Shown in pieces: positions 42,274-57,037 of a stretch of DNA of 64,000 bases. Below the pieces are notes generated by a model that was given only the letters and a program-made list of their open reading frames with translations, ran no database searches and had not been told where the DNA came from. Made by a program: the position numbers and the translations under genes. The DNA is from the human T2T-CHM13v2.0 reference genome, Homo sapiens: assembly GCF_009914755.1 (NCBI RefSeq), contig NC_060940.1; one strand, given 5' to 3'. Numbering within the stretch: position 1 is the first letter of the stretch; every line of letters begins with the position of its first letter.

Positions 42274-44067
42274 TTCTGCCAGCTTCTCATTATGATTTTT
42301 GAGCAGATTTCGCTGCTTTTTCTGCCTTTGTTGTGTTTATAAACTAGAAGTAATTATGTCAACTTTGTAAGGGCTCAGTAGCGTAGAATAAGGCCATGTC
42401 TGTAATCTCCCCTTCTGTGAACAGAGGTTATGTTCTCAAAAGCCTTCAGTTAACATGAGTGGAATGGATTTTCTAAATTTATATGGAGGAGAAAGTTGTA
42501 GGTCCTATATGAGTGATGACAGGTGATACTTAAGTTAACTGGAACATATGGCCCTTAGCCACAATTTCCCCACATGCCCTTCTGGGGGATGCTTTGTAGA
42601 CCTGATATCCCAGAAAGGAGTGTGGACTCATAAAGTCACTGCTGTCCTTTGGTTTTCCTGATGTACCAAATGTAGTAAGGCCTCTTTTCAATGTGGTAAA
42701 AGCTCTGGGCCACCCCATAAGGCTGCAAGCGCTAGAAGCTCTTCCCATAGAGAACATCTATATCCTCAACCCAAGGAGAAAAAGGAAGCTGCTGTTCATA
42801 AATATTGAAGAGGCAGGGAGAGCTTGCACTGAGGCCAGGGTGTATTAACATGCATGCCATCGTGAAGTGGCTTCTAATGGACATTTGTAAGGTGGTGTCC
42901 CCTCCCTTCCCCTCCCCCCTCTAATGCTGCCTGGGTTGCTCTTTGCAACACGTGCAGTCTGCAACTTAGCTGGCTTTTAGCAAAATTACCCATCGCGATT
43001 CATTTGTCCCATTGGGCCATGGGATAGGTGACTACAGAGCCAGATTCGAATGTGGCCCTGTGCCGGTGCCCAAACCAGCAGGCTGCACGTGTGCACTGAC
43101 AGAATGGTACATCCCACCACTGCTCTGTGTCTGTGTGCGACTGTCAGCTGCTCTCTACTGCTCCTCATAGACTTCCTGTCTGCCTTTCTCTGCATTTCTC
43201 AGTCTCCCCATCTCCCCTTCTTATCTAACCCCCTTCCTTCCTCTCTCAACTCTTCCTTCCTCTATCCTTTTTCTTTCCCTTTTTTTTTTAACTATTCTTC
43301 TTTAGAGTTTGTTTTCTCATTGAACTTGTGATGTACACATTAAAGGAAAACTCATTAATGTGGAAAATTAGGAGCATCATAGCTAATGTATGCTCAGGGC
43401 TTACTGTGTGCTAGACATTATTCTGAGTTTACACAGTGATGTCAGATTTCTCCTCTGTCACAGTAAGTTCCAAAAGATAGTGAAGAATATTGCAGTGAAA
43501 ACACTGAAACTCACATATTTCATACTCAGGGGTATCTTTTAAGTGTGAAGCAAGAGAAAAAAACGTGGAAAAAAAAAGACTCAGGAAATGCTTTCCATTT
43601 AGCTTTCTTGACTAAGTTAGTGGAAGACTTATTCCAGATTATAAAGAGAAGAACCAAAATAAAGAGTTTAAGAATGAAGGGGTATGCAGCAACTGGTAGG
43701 GTCGAGTCTCCTCAGGCACAACATGCAACCAAGGAGGGGCAGCTCACTCGGCCTGCGCTGGCCACACAAGTGCACCTGCCACAGTATTGAGGGGCTGGAC
43801 TGATTACTCATTAATGTCTGGGCAAAACTCAAAGAGGCAAACATTTTCATTACATACTGTTATCCATCCTATTGTGGGACCAATTTCTCCAGAAAGGTCT
43901 CTCTCGGTGGGAGGATTAATAAACACCATCAGAAATCCAATTAAACCCAATTGTTAAAATCCAACAAATACGTTGCTTGTGGATACAGTTGTGTATAGTA
44001 ATGTGTATGGTGATGGCCTATCATATAGGAATGATAGAGGCAGCACAGTGCTGTAATGGAAACCATA

Positions 44068-44368
44068 AGGGCACGCACAATGGCTCATGCCTGTAATCCC
44101 AGCACTTTGGGAGGCCGAGGCGGGAGGATCACATAAGGCCAGGAGTTTGAGACCAGCCTGGCCAACATGGTGAAACCCCATCTCTACTAAAACTACAAAA
44201 ATAGCCAGGTGTCCTGGTGCATGTCTGTAATCCCAGCTACCTGGGAGGCTGAAGCATCAGAATCGCTTCAGCTTGGGAGCTGGAGCTTGCAGCCAGCCAA
44301 GATCACACCACTGCTCTCTATCCTGGGAGACAGAGCAAGACTGTCTCCAAAAAAAAAAAAAAAAAAAA
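44068..44368 (+). mobile_element. AluS inserted in a MIR (MIR about 44035-44600)
   Basis: Forward dimer with AAGGGCA on both sides; MIR continues as CTGGGGCAAGTTAGCTAATCTCTGCTTCAGTTTGCTC. Confidence 0.9.
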
Positions 44369-47300
44369 GGGCATGGATCTAGATGCCAGACAATCTGGGT
44401 GCATATCTTTGCTCCAAAAGCAAAGATTGTAAACTGTCTTTACAATCTGGGGCAAGTTAGCTAATCTCTGCTTCAGTTTGCTCCTTAGCAAGATGGGATG
44501 ATATTACCACTTACCTCAGAGAGTTGTTAAATGGGTAAATTCATATGTAAGTGTTCTTAGAGCAGAGTTCAGTACATAGTAAGTACTGTGTAAGAATTGG
44601 CCATCATTAATATTATTCATTGGATAAATATCAAATTCAAAATACCGTTTACATTGGGAAAGGGAAAAAGGAGAGAAATATATGAGAGACGTATGCTGGG
44701 GGTATCTACGATGTTTTCTTTTTGATTTTTTTATGTCATTTTAAATGTTTCTATTCTTCTGTTCTGTTCTTAAAGTATGCCTGTAATTATTAGGATATAA
44801 TTATGGATTCTGTCTTATTTATTTTTTAATCTTCTTATTGTGTCTATCTTTTGTCTTTCTCCATATTCTGGGAGAAACATCTAAGTTTCCATTCCTTATA
44901 ACTGATTATTTTTCTTGGGATCAATTCTGGTCTTCACCATCTGCCAATGTGAGTTTTAGTTTCTCTATAAACTTTTAAACTTTAAACTTTTTTTCTTTTT
45001 TTTTTGGGGGGGGGGCAATCCATTCTTAACCCCCTTCCAGTTTTTCTCAGCCTATTCTTGTTTGTTTTTGTTTTCTATTTCTGTTTCATTGAGATGCATA
45101 CAAAATGGAAGATGGCCAACATTTCTAAAAATTTTGTTTCCTGACATAGAGAACGTTTAGAGGTCAGGTTGCTCTGAGACTGTGTTGTGATTTCTTTTTT
45201 TTTTTTTTTACTTGTTTGTCCTTTCTTTTATTATCTCTTGCTGTTATCCTCACTTTTTTCTTTGCTGTTCTTCATCCTTTAATTAGCATTCAAACTAATC
45301 GTTATTAGAGTGTGTAACATGATCTTTGACATACCTAGGTAATTTTACTTAAGTATATGAGTTAAGTTGATACGCACAGTTCCTCAGCATGAATGTCATT
45401 GTTTTGCAAATTTTAGCTGAAGGTGACATCACTGTACTAAAATTTTCTTGTGCATCCACTTCCTAGCTATGACTCTCTACAGATGGATATAACTTTTTTA
45501 AGATGAAAACCATTTATTTTCAATTTCTAGTTTAACTGCCTCACAGTAAAAAAGTGTACTTTTTGTGATGGCAGGAATTTGAAGTATGTTGAAACTGCCT
45601 TTGTGATCTGGCTCATGGTTAACTTCAATAACGTATGAAAAGAATCCATATTTTTATGTGTAGTGTTCTGTAGCTCTTTTAGTTGGTTTATACTCTTTTA
45701 ATGGTCTGTTGACCATTTTATCTAAATATTCCATTTTGTCTTTTACTTTTCTATTATAAATGGTTAATCTCTTCTACTAAGATTGTTAAATCCATCTTTT
45801 TGTTTATGGCTGTGTTATTTGGCACATGCAAGTTCATGATTGTTATATATTCTTGCTTAATTATTTTTCCCTTTATGCATCATCCATTTTTATCTTTAGT
45901 GTTTAGTGTTTTTTATTTTTATTTTGCCTAAAATTTTATTTTTATGTTAATATTTGCTATACTAGCTATTCTGCTTTCAAAATGTTCCTGATGTTTTTCT
46001 TTATCTTTATCATTTATCTTTTATCTTTAACATTTTTATATTTCTCTCTTTTAATCATGTGTGTTAGGTAGGCAAGGATAGCTGCTAGGACAAAATATTT
46101 TCTGATGTTTTAATAGCTTAACACAATGGTAATTTATTTCCAGCTTATGTAACAGTGCTTATTGGGCGCTCAGTTGAGGCTGGAAATAGACATGTGAGTG
46201 TTTTATGGACTAGGCCTTGAAGAAGTGTACCTCCCTTAGATTTATATTCCACTGGCCAACTCTAAGTCTCACGGCTATGCCTAATTGTGAAGGAGACTGG
46301 GCAATGAATCTAGTTGAGTGCCCTGCAAACTAAGGCACAGGGATTTTTGTGAACAGCTGGTAGTCTCCATTACATTTCTCACATCTGGACAACAAGTACC
46401 TTTTGCTCCCTTATTCTCACACAGAGAACATATTCACTTTTCTTCCAAAGGCAGAGTCTCAAAATCCCATTTAATTCTTTGATTCTGTGCAAATTCTAGG
46501 GTCTCCTTCATGCTTAGATATGGTTCCTTATGGTCCTGTGGGTTTCAGAAAGGCAGCCCATTCATGCCGTCTACCCCCCTGCTGCTCTATATAATAGAAG
46601 GTGGAGTAGAGACAGAATATCAGTAGCAAAATCTCCATTTTCAAAAGAAAAGAATGAGAAACATGTTGCTCCATGACAGTCAATGATAGAATCACGCTGG
46701 GGAGGTAAAGAACCTTGTAGTAAGAGAGCATTCTTTATCCAGGTCTGAAATCTGCTCTCTGGAGGGAAGTGCCCTGTCCATTATCCTCCATGGTCCCATC
46801 TGAACTGGATCTAGAGAAGGGTTACTCTCCTTAGGGGAATTAGCAGCTGTCAGCCCACTTCCTGCTGGTGCATGGTTGAGGCTCCGTTTTTTTGTTTTTA
46901 GCAGTTATAGGCTTTTAAGGTCAGATTAATCTTTATTTAATTTCTTAATAATCTTATAGGATTCAGATGTATTTGTTTCCCATTAATTCATGAGTAGTGG
47001 CCACACCAGTCTTTCCTAGACTTGAATCTCAAGTTGCTTTATTTTTCTAATTTGTTATCATCATGCCTCTCTTTCAGCACAGTAGCAGCTACTATGAGGC
47101 TATTTGGAATAATGAGCTTGGTTTGAAAAGTAGCATCATTAATCTGATACATGCTACTGGGCTGAATTATTTGAATTCATAATGGGCTATTGTCTCTCAA
47201 AGACTTTTGCAGGCTTATTTTATGCTTTTTGGACTCCAGAATCAATTGACTTTTTCAACTCTGTAATGTCCTAACTTTCATTTCTGCTTGCACACTGGAC

Positions 47301-48013
47301 AATGCTTTTTTTCAGGAACACATCTCTTTCTTGTAATATCTTTGTAAAAGCAGCGTGGAGCAGCCAGCACACAATGACATTTTAGCTCTTCCCTAGAGCT
47401 TCAGACTCAATAGGTACTAGATCTACCTTATGAGTTATGGCAGAGCACAATTTTACCAAAAGTCTTTCAGTGTAAAGACACAGATCCACATGGGTGTCTC
47501 TGATTGACAGTTGGCTTTGTCTATTTGGTGAGTAGGATATCCAAGCTCATTTCATTTAGTGGCTGTATTGTCCCCTAGGAACTTATTATAACTTAACGTT
47601 TATCTCATGGAAGGTTGAAGTATGGGGAACCCAATTCATATGAGAAATAGCCCAGGAGTTACATTCTCTTCTGCTCAGTGACCATTAGTGGAAATGTAAA
47701 TATCTCACCTCAATGCAGTGTGGGTTAGGAAATGTGGCTTTCTGTCTAGTCAACCTCTTTTTCCTATGCTGTGGAAAGAGGAGAAGTATTCTGAGGGACA
47801 GCTAGTTCTATCTGCAGTGTATCTTTTTTAAACAGCATAGAACTATTTTTTTTTTTTAATTCTAGTCTTGGTTTCTGCCTTTCAATGTGTGAATTTAAGT
47901 TCATGTTTCTTTTGATGACTGATAAATTTGAAATAATTTCTGTATTTCATTGTGTTTTCTTCACTACCAAGTTTTTCTTATTTTTAAACTTTTCTGAGCA
48001 TATATATGTATAT

Positions 48014-48297
48014 TTTTTGAGACAGAGTCTCAGTGTCACCCAGGCTGGAATGCAGTGGCTTGATCTCGGCTCACTGCAAACTCTGCCTCCTGAGTTCAAG
48101 CAATCCTCCCACCTCAGCCTCCCAAGTAGCTGCATTAAATACGTGTGCCACCAGGCCCGGCCAATTTTTGTATTTTTAGTAGAGATGGAATTTCACCATG
48201 TTGGCCAGGCTGGTCTTGAACTCCTGACCTCAAGTGGTCTGCCCGCCTTGGCCTCCCACAGTGTGGGGATTATAGGCGTGAGCCATTATGCCTGGCC
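48014..48297 (-). mobile_element. AluS/J
   Basis: Reverse dimer. Confidence 0.9.
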
Positions 48298-48688
48298 ACC
48301 AGGCATATTTTGGAATTGATAGAATTTCTTTTTATCTGAGTTACTCCATACATCATTTTTTCTCCCTGTTGCTCATTTGGAAGCTAATGATTCTTTCCTC
48401 CCTTTCTTCCTTTCTGTCTTTCTCTGTTTTCCTCTCTCCCTGTTAGTCTTGAAAGTCTTACGTACATGTTTAAATTTTTTCTTAGAGTATCAAGTTATTT
48501 AATGTCTATCATTCTAATCAACAAAGCCAGACCATGCATGATTTAATGGATCAGTGAAATCCTTCCCCCCATAAAACAAACTTCACTTGTTAGTGTTGTT
48601 TTAGTTGCTTCTTAAATTCATTTTCAGTATAATTTATTTGGTCCTGTAGCTACTCCAAATGACGCACAAAATTTGGCTAAACTGATGA

Positions 48689-49051
<363 letters not shown>

Positions 49052-49052
49052 C

Positions 49053-49183
49053 TGTTTTTGCATTTTTAGTAGAGACGGGTTTTCACCAGGTTGGCCAGCC
49101 TGGTCTCAAACTGTTGACCTTAGGTGATCTGCCTACCTCGGCCTCCCAAAGTGCTGGGATAACAGGCGTGAGCCACTGCGCCT
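49053..49183 (-). mobile_element. AluS left monomer abutting the AluY
   Basis: TTTTTGCATTTTTAGTAGAGACGGG...GTGAGCCACTGCGCCTG. Confidence 0.88.
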
Positions 49184-50054
49184 GTCTACATTTTCTGTCT
49201 TTACTGGTATTATGGTGGGAACCCATAAACCACTGCGAGGCAGATACCATTTTAAGCAGGAAACCTTATTTTTTTCCGAAGCACATTTAAAAATATTTTC
49301 CAGTTTATCTATTAAACATCCTCCTTTGCTTCTGGAGATCCTCTGAAAGATTTATCTCTTTCGATTCATCTGTAAAGTAAAAATAACCGTCGTCGTCATT
49401 TCTCAAGCGTGACGATACTGTTACACGTTTACTGCATATTCTGCATACCAAGCACATATCCGTCACATGCAGTGTGGCCAACTTCCGAGAGGCCGGCATT
49501 CAGCCAAACAGCCTGAAGAACCAGGAGAAATGCCTGAGTTTCCAAATGGCTTATGGTAAGTTGTTGCTGCCACTATGAGTAGCCTACTTGCATTTCTATT
49601 TAATGGCTTTTCCCCATATTTGATGGTATGTTAAACAGTCAATCATTCATTTTCTAAATTAAAGCCTGTCCTGAAAACGTGCTCAGTGCTATTGACTGTG
49701 CATCAGGTATTAGAGACACAGATATGAAACTGTACTTTTTAATTTACGATAAATGTCAGTGTGAATTATTGGTTGTTTTGCTTTTCTTTCATAGTCTCCG
49801 TAGGCTTCTTGGGAATGGAAATTGGTATAACCTTTTTGGAGGACCCTCAGTAAAAAGCTATCAAAATTTAAAATGTGGGTATCTCTTGACCTAGTGAGTC
49901 TACTTCCAGGAATTCATCTTAAAGAAAAAAATTATAGTTTCCTAAGTATTTGTATTGCAGCATTGCTTTCAGTGGCCAACAAAACAAAACAAAACAAAAT
50001 TGGAAACAACATAAAATAATATTACCGGAGAAACAATGAGTAACATGTATAGGA

Positions 50055-50425
<371 letters not shown>

Positions 50426-50789
50426 TGATAAGGAAGCTCACGCTTAGAGAATGTAAGTAAAAAGTTCACAAAGCTAGTGAAGTATGTGGGGGCGGTTTTT
50501 AATGAATGATTGAACATTCTTTAGTGGAACTACAATACTATGTTTTTAGGAAAAGTTGCACGATGTTTTTACATGGGTAGAAAATATACTCTGGAAGGAT
50601 TTGAACCAGGCTGTCCCTGTTCTTATCTTGGGGCAGTAGGACTTTGGGGCACGTTTTCACTTTATATGTTATCAACTTCTGTATTATTTGTAATACAATG
50701 AACCAGTTTTATTTTTGCAACTAACAGTAAGTATAAATAGCTGATGACCACTTGGGGTGAACCGAAGTGCCTATGACAAACCACACGCA

Positions 50790-50987
50790 GGCATCCTCGG
50801 GACTATTGAGGCCAGATAATCCTTTGTTATGGGGGCTGTTCTGTTCGTTGTAAGATATTGAGTAGCATCCCTGACCTCTGCCCCCTGGATGCCAGTTCAC
50901 TTTCCAACAAGTTGCAACAAGCAGAAATGTCTGTAGACATTAGCAGATGTCTGCTAGCAGTTAGAATGGCCTCTGGTTGAGAATCAG
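50790..50987 (-). mobile_element. MER20 DNA transposon
   Basis: GGCCAGATAATCCTTTGTTATGGGGGCTG...AGCATCCCTGACCTCTGCCCCCTGGATGCCAG...TGGTTGAGAATCA. Confidence 0.85.
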
Positions 50988-53194
50988 AGCAGACTCTGCT
51001 CACACTGGGCTATCAGGGTATAGTTCTCTCCCTCCCAACAGCTGGAACTGAGACCATCTCCCTCCATTTGAGGATCATTCCGATTTCCCAAGTCCACCGT
51101 GTGGAATGTAAAATCCTTTGAACCAGAACAGACAAATCTTGTTTTTGTCTTTTTATTGAATTTAACCACTATTGACTTGCGACTTGCGGCAATCACCAGA
51201 TCCCAGATCTCTGTGTTTGGAGCTACACGTCCTTCTGAATCGAGGAGGTGGGGCACTGATTTTTCTTTTATCACTGACTTCCCCGAAGTGGGAAGTTCCA
51301 GTGCTTAACAAGTTTCATTAAGAACACAGCTATTAAATATTCAGAATATACAGACTGTTGCTGTTGAGAATGTAATTATGCAGTAAATTAGCTGATGTCC
51401 AGTACGTTGCCTTTTAAGCAGATCTTTGATGTATGCAGTACTTGCATAAGATATAGGGCATGTTTATTAAGAGTCTTCAACTGTGTATAAAACTAGAGCA
51501 GTCAAAAGTAATGGTGTCTGCTGAAGGATTCTTTATCATATGAATTTACCTTTAGTCATCTATTATTTATTTCAGCTATTTTATATGCCATTATAATAAA
51601 TATTATGACAGAGAAAGCTTTTACGCTTCAACTTATTGTACTCCTCTTTACTTGCCTGCAATCCTTCAGGAAAATGTAACCACGCTTTACCTATAGTTAA
51701 CGTAAATCATCACTTACATTAGAATGAAAAATTCACTATGAAAAAAAGCTCTTACTTCAATAGCAAGGCATAAATGCACAATCATGTTGACTGCCAACCT
51801 CCTGTGTCATTCACTGTCCTTCCTTAAACTGTTTTTAAGCTGCAAAGTGAATATATTGCATAGAGGGAAATAGGAAGGTTTTGGATTATTTTCGCTCTCT
51901 TATTAGTTTCTGGCAGGATAAGCATTTTTTATCCGGATTGCAAAATATTGCCAATTACTGTCTAAGCATTTTTAATAGTTTTGCTTTCCATGGCACGCAA
52001 CTCATATACTAAATTAAATAAGCTGTTATCTGGTGCAATTTCTCCTTGAATAGACTCAGAATTACCTATAGATATTGACACGGTTATTTTATAAATTGAG
52101 TTCCAGCAACACAAGGCAAAAATTTTGGCCTGTATGTAATGAAGGAAGAGTTGTCATCATTTTCTTATTAGGGATGTTTGTGTATTTTGGCAGGGGGAGG
52201 TAGGAAGGGGACCTGATGGAGGGCCCTGGAGTGAAGGTTGATGCTGGATGGTTGATTTGAAGGTTAGGAATGGCAAACTCAGCCTCTGTTCTTCAAGAAT
52301 CCCCCTGCGTCCCCCCGCCCTGCCCCCTGCCCAAAAAAAAGGAAATCCAGGGCTTTGCTAGGGATCATTTTTGGTGTGGTTCTGTATTTTAAAATGTGGA
52401 ATCATCTCCAAAAGTGTTTGTTTATTAAAAGCAAAGTGATAAAATGTGTCAAGTCAGTGAAGAGACTCTCAAACTCCCCTTTCCTGCGAATCCTATCAGA
52501 AAGAACATTTATGAGGGCATACTTTTCATCTTTAGGCTTGGCAAAGATGGGTCAAACTCCCCATCAGACTGGCACATGGTGCTGTTTCAGGTTTGACTAA
52601 GAGAGAAAAGAATCACTAGTCAATGAAAGCAACTGTGTCCCCATGCATTTTCCAGTGAAGATGCGATCACCCATTGCCACCGTTACCATTGCTTAAATAA
52701 TATTAGAGGAATTAGTGTTATGAAGTCCCACATATGATATTGATGAATTATTAAACCAGTTGAGTTAGATTTCTATTGTAGTTCAGTGAATAATGTCATG
52801 TCAATACTGTGCTCAACGCCAGTGTCTCTTGCTGTTGTAAATGTGACAGCTCCTATTTAAGGTTTTAGAACATAAAATCAGGACTGAGAGTATGTAAAGC
52901 GGAAGGGTGAGAGACATCAGCATAATGCAATTAAGGCCCATTGGATTAGAATTTGCAGGATGCCATTAGCAATAAGCTCTGAGTGTAGATTATTGCAGTG
53001 CTTAAATTTTCTCCTTCAGCGGTAACACTTCTCTTGTAAATTCTAACTGGGTAAAATAAATATGATATAAAACAGACACAAATAAGAATATATAGATGAT
53101 GTTAATTTCTTCAGAGCTTCCCGGTGTTACGTCTTCAAGAATATGACGACAGGGGAACAGCCCAGTGTGGCAGTCATGTGACGACATGAGCATT

Positions 53195-53365
53195 GGAACC
53201 AGCCACATCTCAGTTGGCAACACGTATCTGTGTCTTACTAGCTTGGCCACTGTCACGTCACTCAGCCTCTGTTTTCTCATCTGTAAAATGGGGAAAATTA
53301 TAGATGCTTCAGAAGATATTTGCTATCACTATTAAATGAAAACAAGCATGTCATCAGTGCTTATT
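53195..53365 (+). mobile_element. MIR
   Basis: CCTCTGTTTTCTCATCTGTAAAATGGGGA core. Confidence 0.75.
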
Positions 53366-55936
53366 ATTTTTGTTGCTTTTATGATCAATAAACACATGCA
53401 AATTAGAGCTTTTTAAATGAGATTCTGGAAATAAGTTTTTCCGTATGTGTAAGGGAGGGGTAGATACACTGCCATCCAATCAGCATCAATGGGTACCTTG
53501 AAGTGAGATCACAAAATAGCTAATTCCCTGTAAACAGCAACCCTTCTCTCTGCAGTTGCACATGAGTAGTCCCCCAGTTAAAAGAGAATTTCCTCCAGAT
53601 ACAATGGAGGCCACGTTCAACACAGCCATCTAGTGTACCTGGGCTTCTTCCACCTCCAGCCACTGTACCGACGTGTTCGTTTATTTCACCCACATAGTGA
53701 TGATGCTTCCAACACAGCATAACAAAGAGCTGCTGCTTTGTGCTGCTAGATTTGCCAAAAGTCTGTGCCAGGGATTCTTTTGTTGGAGGTAAGTGGAGAA
53801 CGCAAGGCCCACATGCACAAGATGGGAGTATTTTGAAGCATGCTCCGTAAGACCCAACATGTGGGCAGCAGACCAACTACTTGGGTTCACTATGGCGAGA
53901 AATGGGATAGGAGAGCGAACTCACTGATACCCTCCCAGCTAATTCCTAGGCAATCTGCAATTAACAATGATTGTAAAGTAATAATTTGTGGTTTTGAAAA
54001 CTAGGTTTGATCACTGGAATTATTCCTGTCCTATGTTCTAAAGGCCTGTTGCCTTGAGATGTTTTTTCTCCTCCCATTATTGGTAAGCATAATGTAGGCA
54101 TGAGACGTTGCCTTTGAAGTGTCGGAAGGATGGAGAGGAGAAAAGAAAACGGAGATTGAATCTGGAAAACGCATTCATCTTTAGAGGCAGTGTTAATGAA
54201 TACATGAATTTAGTCCTGTAAATGTTTTCTCCCTTATTTGGGACTTGGTGTATTGAAGGTGTCTGTTAACTGTGCTACCAATGAGTGCCCCTGTATCCGA
54301 GGGAAACTGGAGAAGTGTACTTGGGCTACCGGGTTACCAAGAGCAGGACAGCATGAGGCAGTTACAGATCTGATGGTTTTTCTTGGTCTTTGTCTCAGCT
54401 GCCATGAGGGCTTCTAAGGGGCAAGGAGGGTTGGGGGATGAGAGGACAGGTACATAGTGTGGACATAATGGAATATGGAATAGCAATTGAAATCTTGCGT
54501 TGGGCTGAATCATGGCTTTGCAGTTATTATCTTGATGCGGCTGTGCATGAGCCTTTTGAACCTCAGCTTCTCCATCTGTGAAATAGGTGGATAATGACTG
54601 CACCCTGCGAAGATGCTATAGGGATAAATAACTGCTGTGGGGCAAGGACTGAAATGGTTGTTGTTTTGAGATGGCTTTTATCATTGGGCCAGTGACGACC
54701 CATTCAGCCCTATCAGTGAAGAGTGAAGCACTGCACTCTTTAAGGATAGGGCTGAATGGTTTATCACCCATTCAGCGGTGACCACCACATCTTATGCATT
54801 GTGATGATCACGATGATAAAACAATACATAATCACAATATAAGGATCTAGAGTTATGAACTACTGATCAGGTATCATGTTCTGCTCCAACTGCTTTAGAT
54901 ACATTGCCTGACTTCCCGATAGGGCAGGTGCTGTTATTACTCCCACTTCACAGAGGAGCAAACTAAATATACAAGAAGCAGTAACTTGCCCAGCCCCAAA
55001 CCACCCCCTGAAAAAAGAAAACAAGGGAGACCCACAGTTATTAATATGCATTATTATTGGAAAACAATGGTCATCACATTTTAGCAGTGGCCTTCAAAAT
55101 AATGATAATAGCATATATTGAGAGCCCATTGTGTGGCTTGTACCTTATATTCACTCTATCTAATCTTCACTCTAACCATAGAAGGCAATACTATTATGCT
55201 CATTCATAATTAAGGCAATTGAAGCCCAGACCCTTCCAGTAGCTTTCCTGAAGTCAAGTTGCCAGTGCATTGGACATACTGGGCTGTAGTTCCAGGGCAG
55301 CCTGGCTCTGGTGTCTTTGCTGCAATGACAATATCTCCCCATTTCTCTGTTTAAATACCACACACTCCCCATATGGTTTCTTTGGTTTCAGGCAGTATCG
55401 CATCAGAGTCACATATGGCTAATTTATAGTCATAAAATGATACTAGAGATCACTGTTGCATAACAACAAGAAACCCCTTTGATTCCACACTTACAGACTC
55501 TTGAGTCACTAACACAGGTTTCAGTATATATAAAGAATAGATGAAGAAGACTTAGTGTATTAAGGTGGCAGTGAACTGTGCTACTGATGAGTGCCACTAT
55601 ATTCAAGGGAAATGGGAGACATGCACCTGGGTTGTTTGATTATGACCTTCTGGCTGAGCCCTGGATGTTGGGAGCAAGTGGGCTTCTGAGCTACATAGAA
55701 GTTGCCTGATGCTTCACATGTGGGATGCCACCTGTGTGGCTCTGTTTTAAAATGATGGGTAGTAGAGTCTGTATACATAATTTAAAATACATTAACATTT
55801 CTGTTTTGCCTGAGATAAGCTTGTACTGGTGTGATCAGAAGGAAGAATGAGGATTTGGGGAAGGAAAATTTTGAGAGCCATTTTACAGCATTTCAAGATT
55901 CAGTGATCTCAGAACCTCTTTTGGTTAAACAAGCAT

Positions 55937-55982
55937 GGGAGGATGGATGATTGGATGGATGGATGAATGGATAGGTAGGTGG
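55937..55982. repeat. (GGAT)n-type simple repeat
   Basis: GGATGGATGATTGGATGGATGGATGAATGGATAGGTAGG. Confidence 0.85.
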
Positions 55983-56062
55983 GAAGATAAATGGATAGAC
56001 ATATAGGTAGGAAGGAATGAGGGATATATGGAAGGCTAGCAGTTTATTTTACGGTGGTGGGA

Positions 56063-56221
56063 TTTTTTTCTTTTCCTTTTTTACTCAGACAGTCTTGTTC
56101 TGTTGCCCAGGCTGGAGTGCAGTGGCACGATCATGTCTCACGGCAGCCTCGACTTTCCAGGTTCAAGTGATCTTCCTGCCGCAGCCTCCTGTGTAGCAGG
56201 TGCATGCTGCTATGCCCAGCC
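56063..56221 (-). mobile_element. Alu right monomer (FRAM or AluJ fragment)
   Basis: T-rich tail and a single reverse right arm. Confidence 0.85.
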
Positions 56222-56359
56222 AGTTATATTTTAGATGCTTTTTTATATGGCCCATATTCATATGTCTTTGTGACTTTTTTTTATAATGGATGTGAGTGTG
56301 AAGTAGGAGTTGGCCTGAAACAAGCCCAGAGAGGTAGACAGGGACCAAGTCATGGACTG

Positions 56360-56735
56360 AGTTAGTTGTTGTTGTTCCTCACTTTCTGTTTTTATTTCTC
56401 CTCTTTCTGGACACATAGCACATTGCACCTTCTAGAAGCTAGGCACAGCCACATGACTTTGTCAAGGAAATGTGAGCAGAAGCAACACCAGTCACTATTA
56501 AGTGGAAGTCTTTGAGATGCCACGTGTAACTCACCACATTGCCTTCCACATGCCGTAGAGGCTGGCAGTGTTACAGACAACAGAGGCTCCATCCACCTGG
56601 TCCCTGAGTGGCCACGGTGAGCTGGGCCCACTGACCTACAATGAGTGTGAAGTGTGAGCAAGTCATAATTCTGGGTTATTCTAATTAATGGAGATTTGGG
56701 GGTTGTTCCTTACTGAAGCACATCCTGATTGATGC
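56360..56735 (+). mobile_element. Old MaLR LTR (MLT1G/H-like)
   Basis: GCCACATGACTTTG...GAAATGTGAGCAGAAG and 3' end GAGATTTGGGGGTTGTTCCTTACTGAAGCA. Confidence 0.65.
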
Positions 56736-57037
56736 AGAGGATCTTGTGAGCCATGCTAAGGAATTCAGCCCACGTCTTACTGACCACTCTGACGTACTAA
56801 AGGGTTGGTTTTGCCAATGAAGAGAGCAGGCTCTGACTGAACGAGGCCTGAACTTTTCATGTTCTAGATGGCATGTGCTAATTCTAACACTTCTTAATGA
56901 AAGTCATGGTTTGCTTGGTGGTGATGGAACAGTTCTATGTCTTGAATGTGGTGATGGTTATATGAATACATACACATGATAAAATGTCTTAGAATTATGC
57001 ACAAAGGTACAGCAAAGAAAATAAAGGCATCTCAAGT

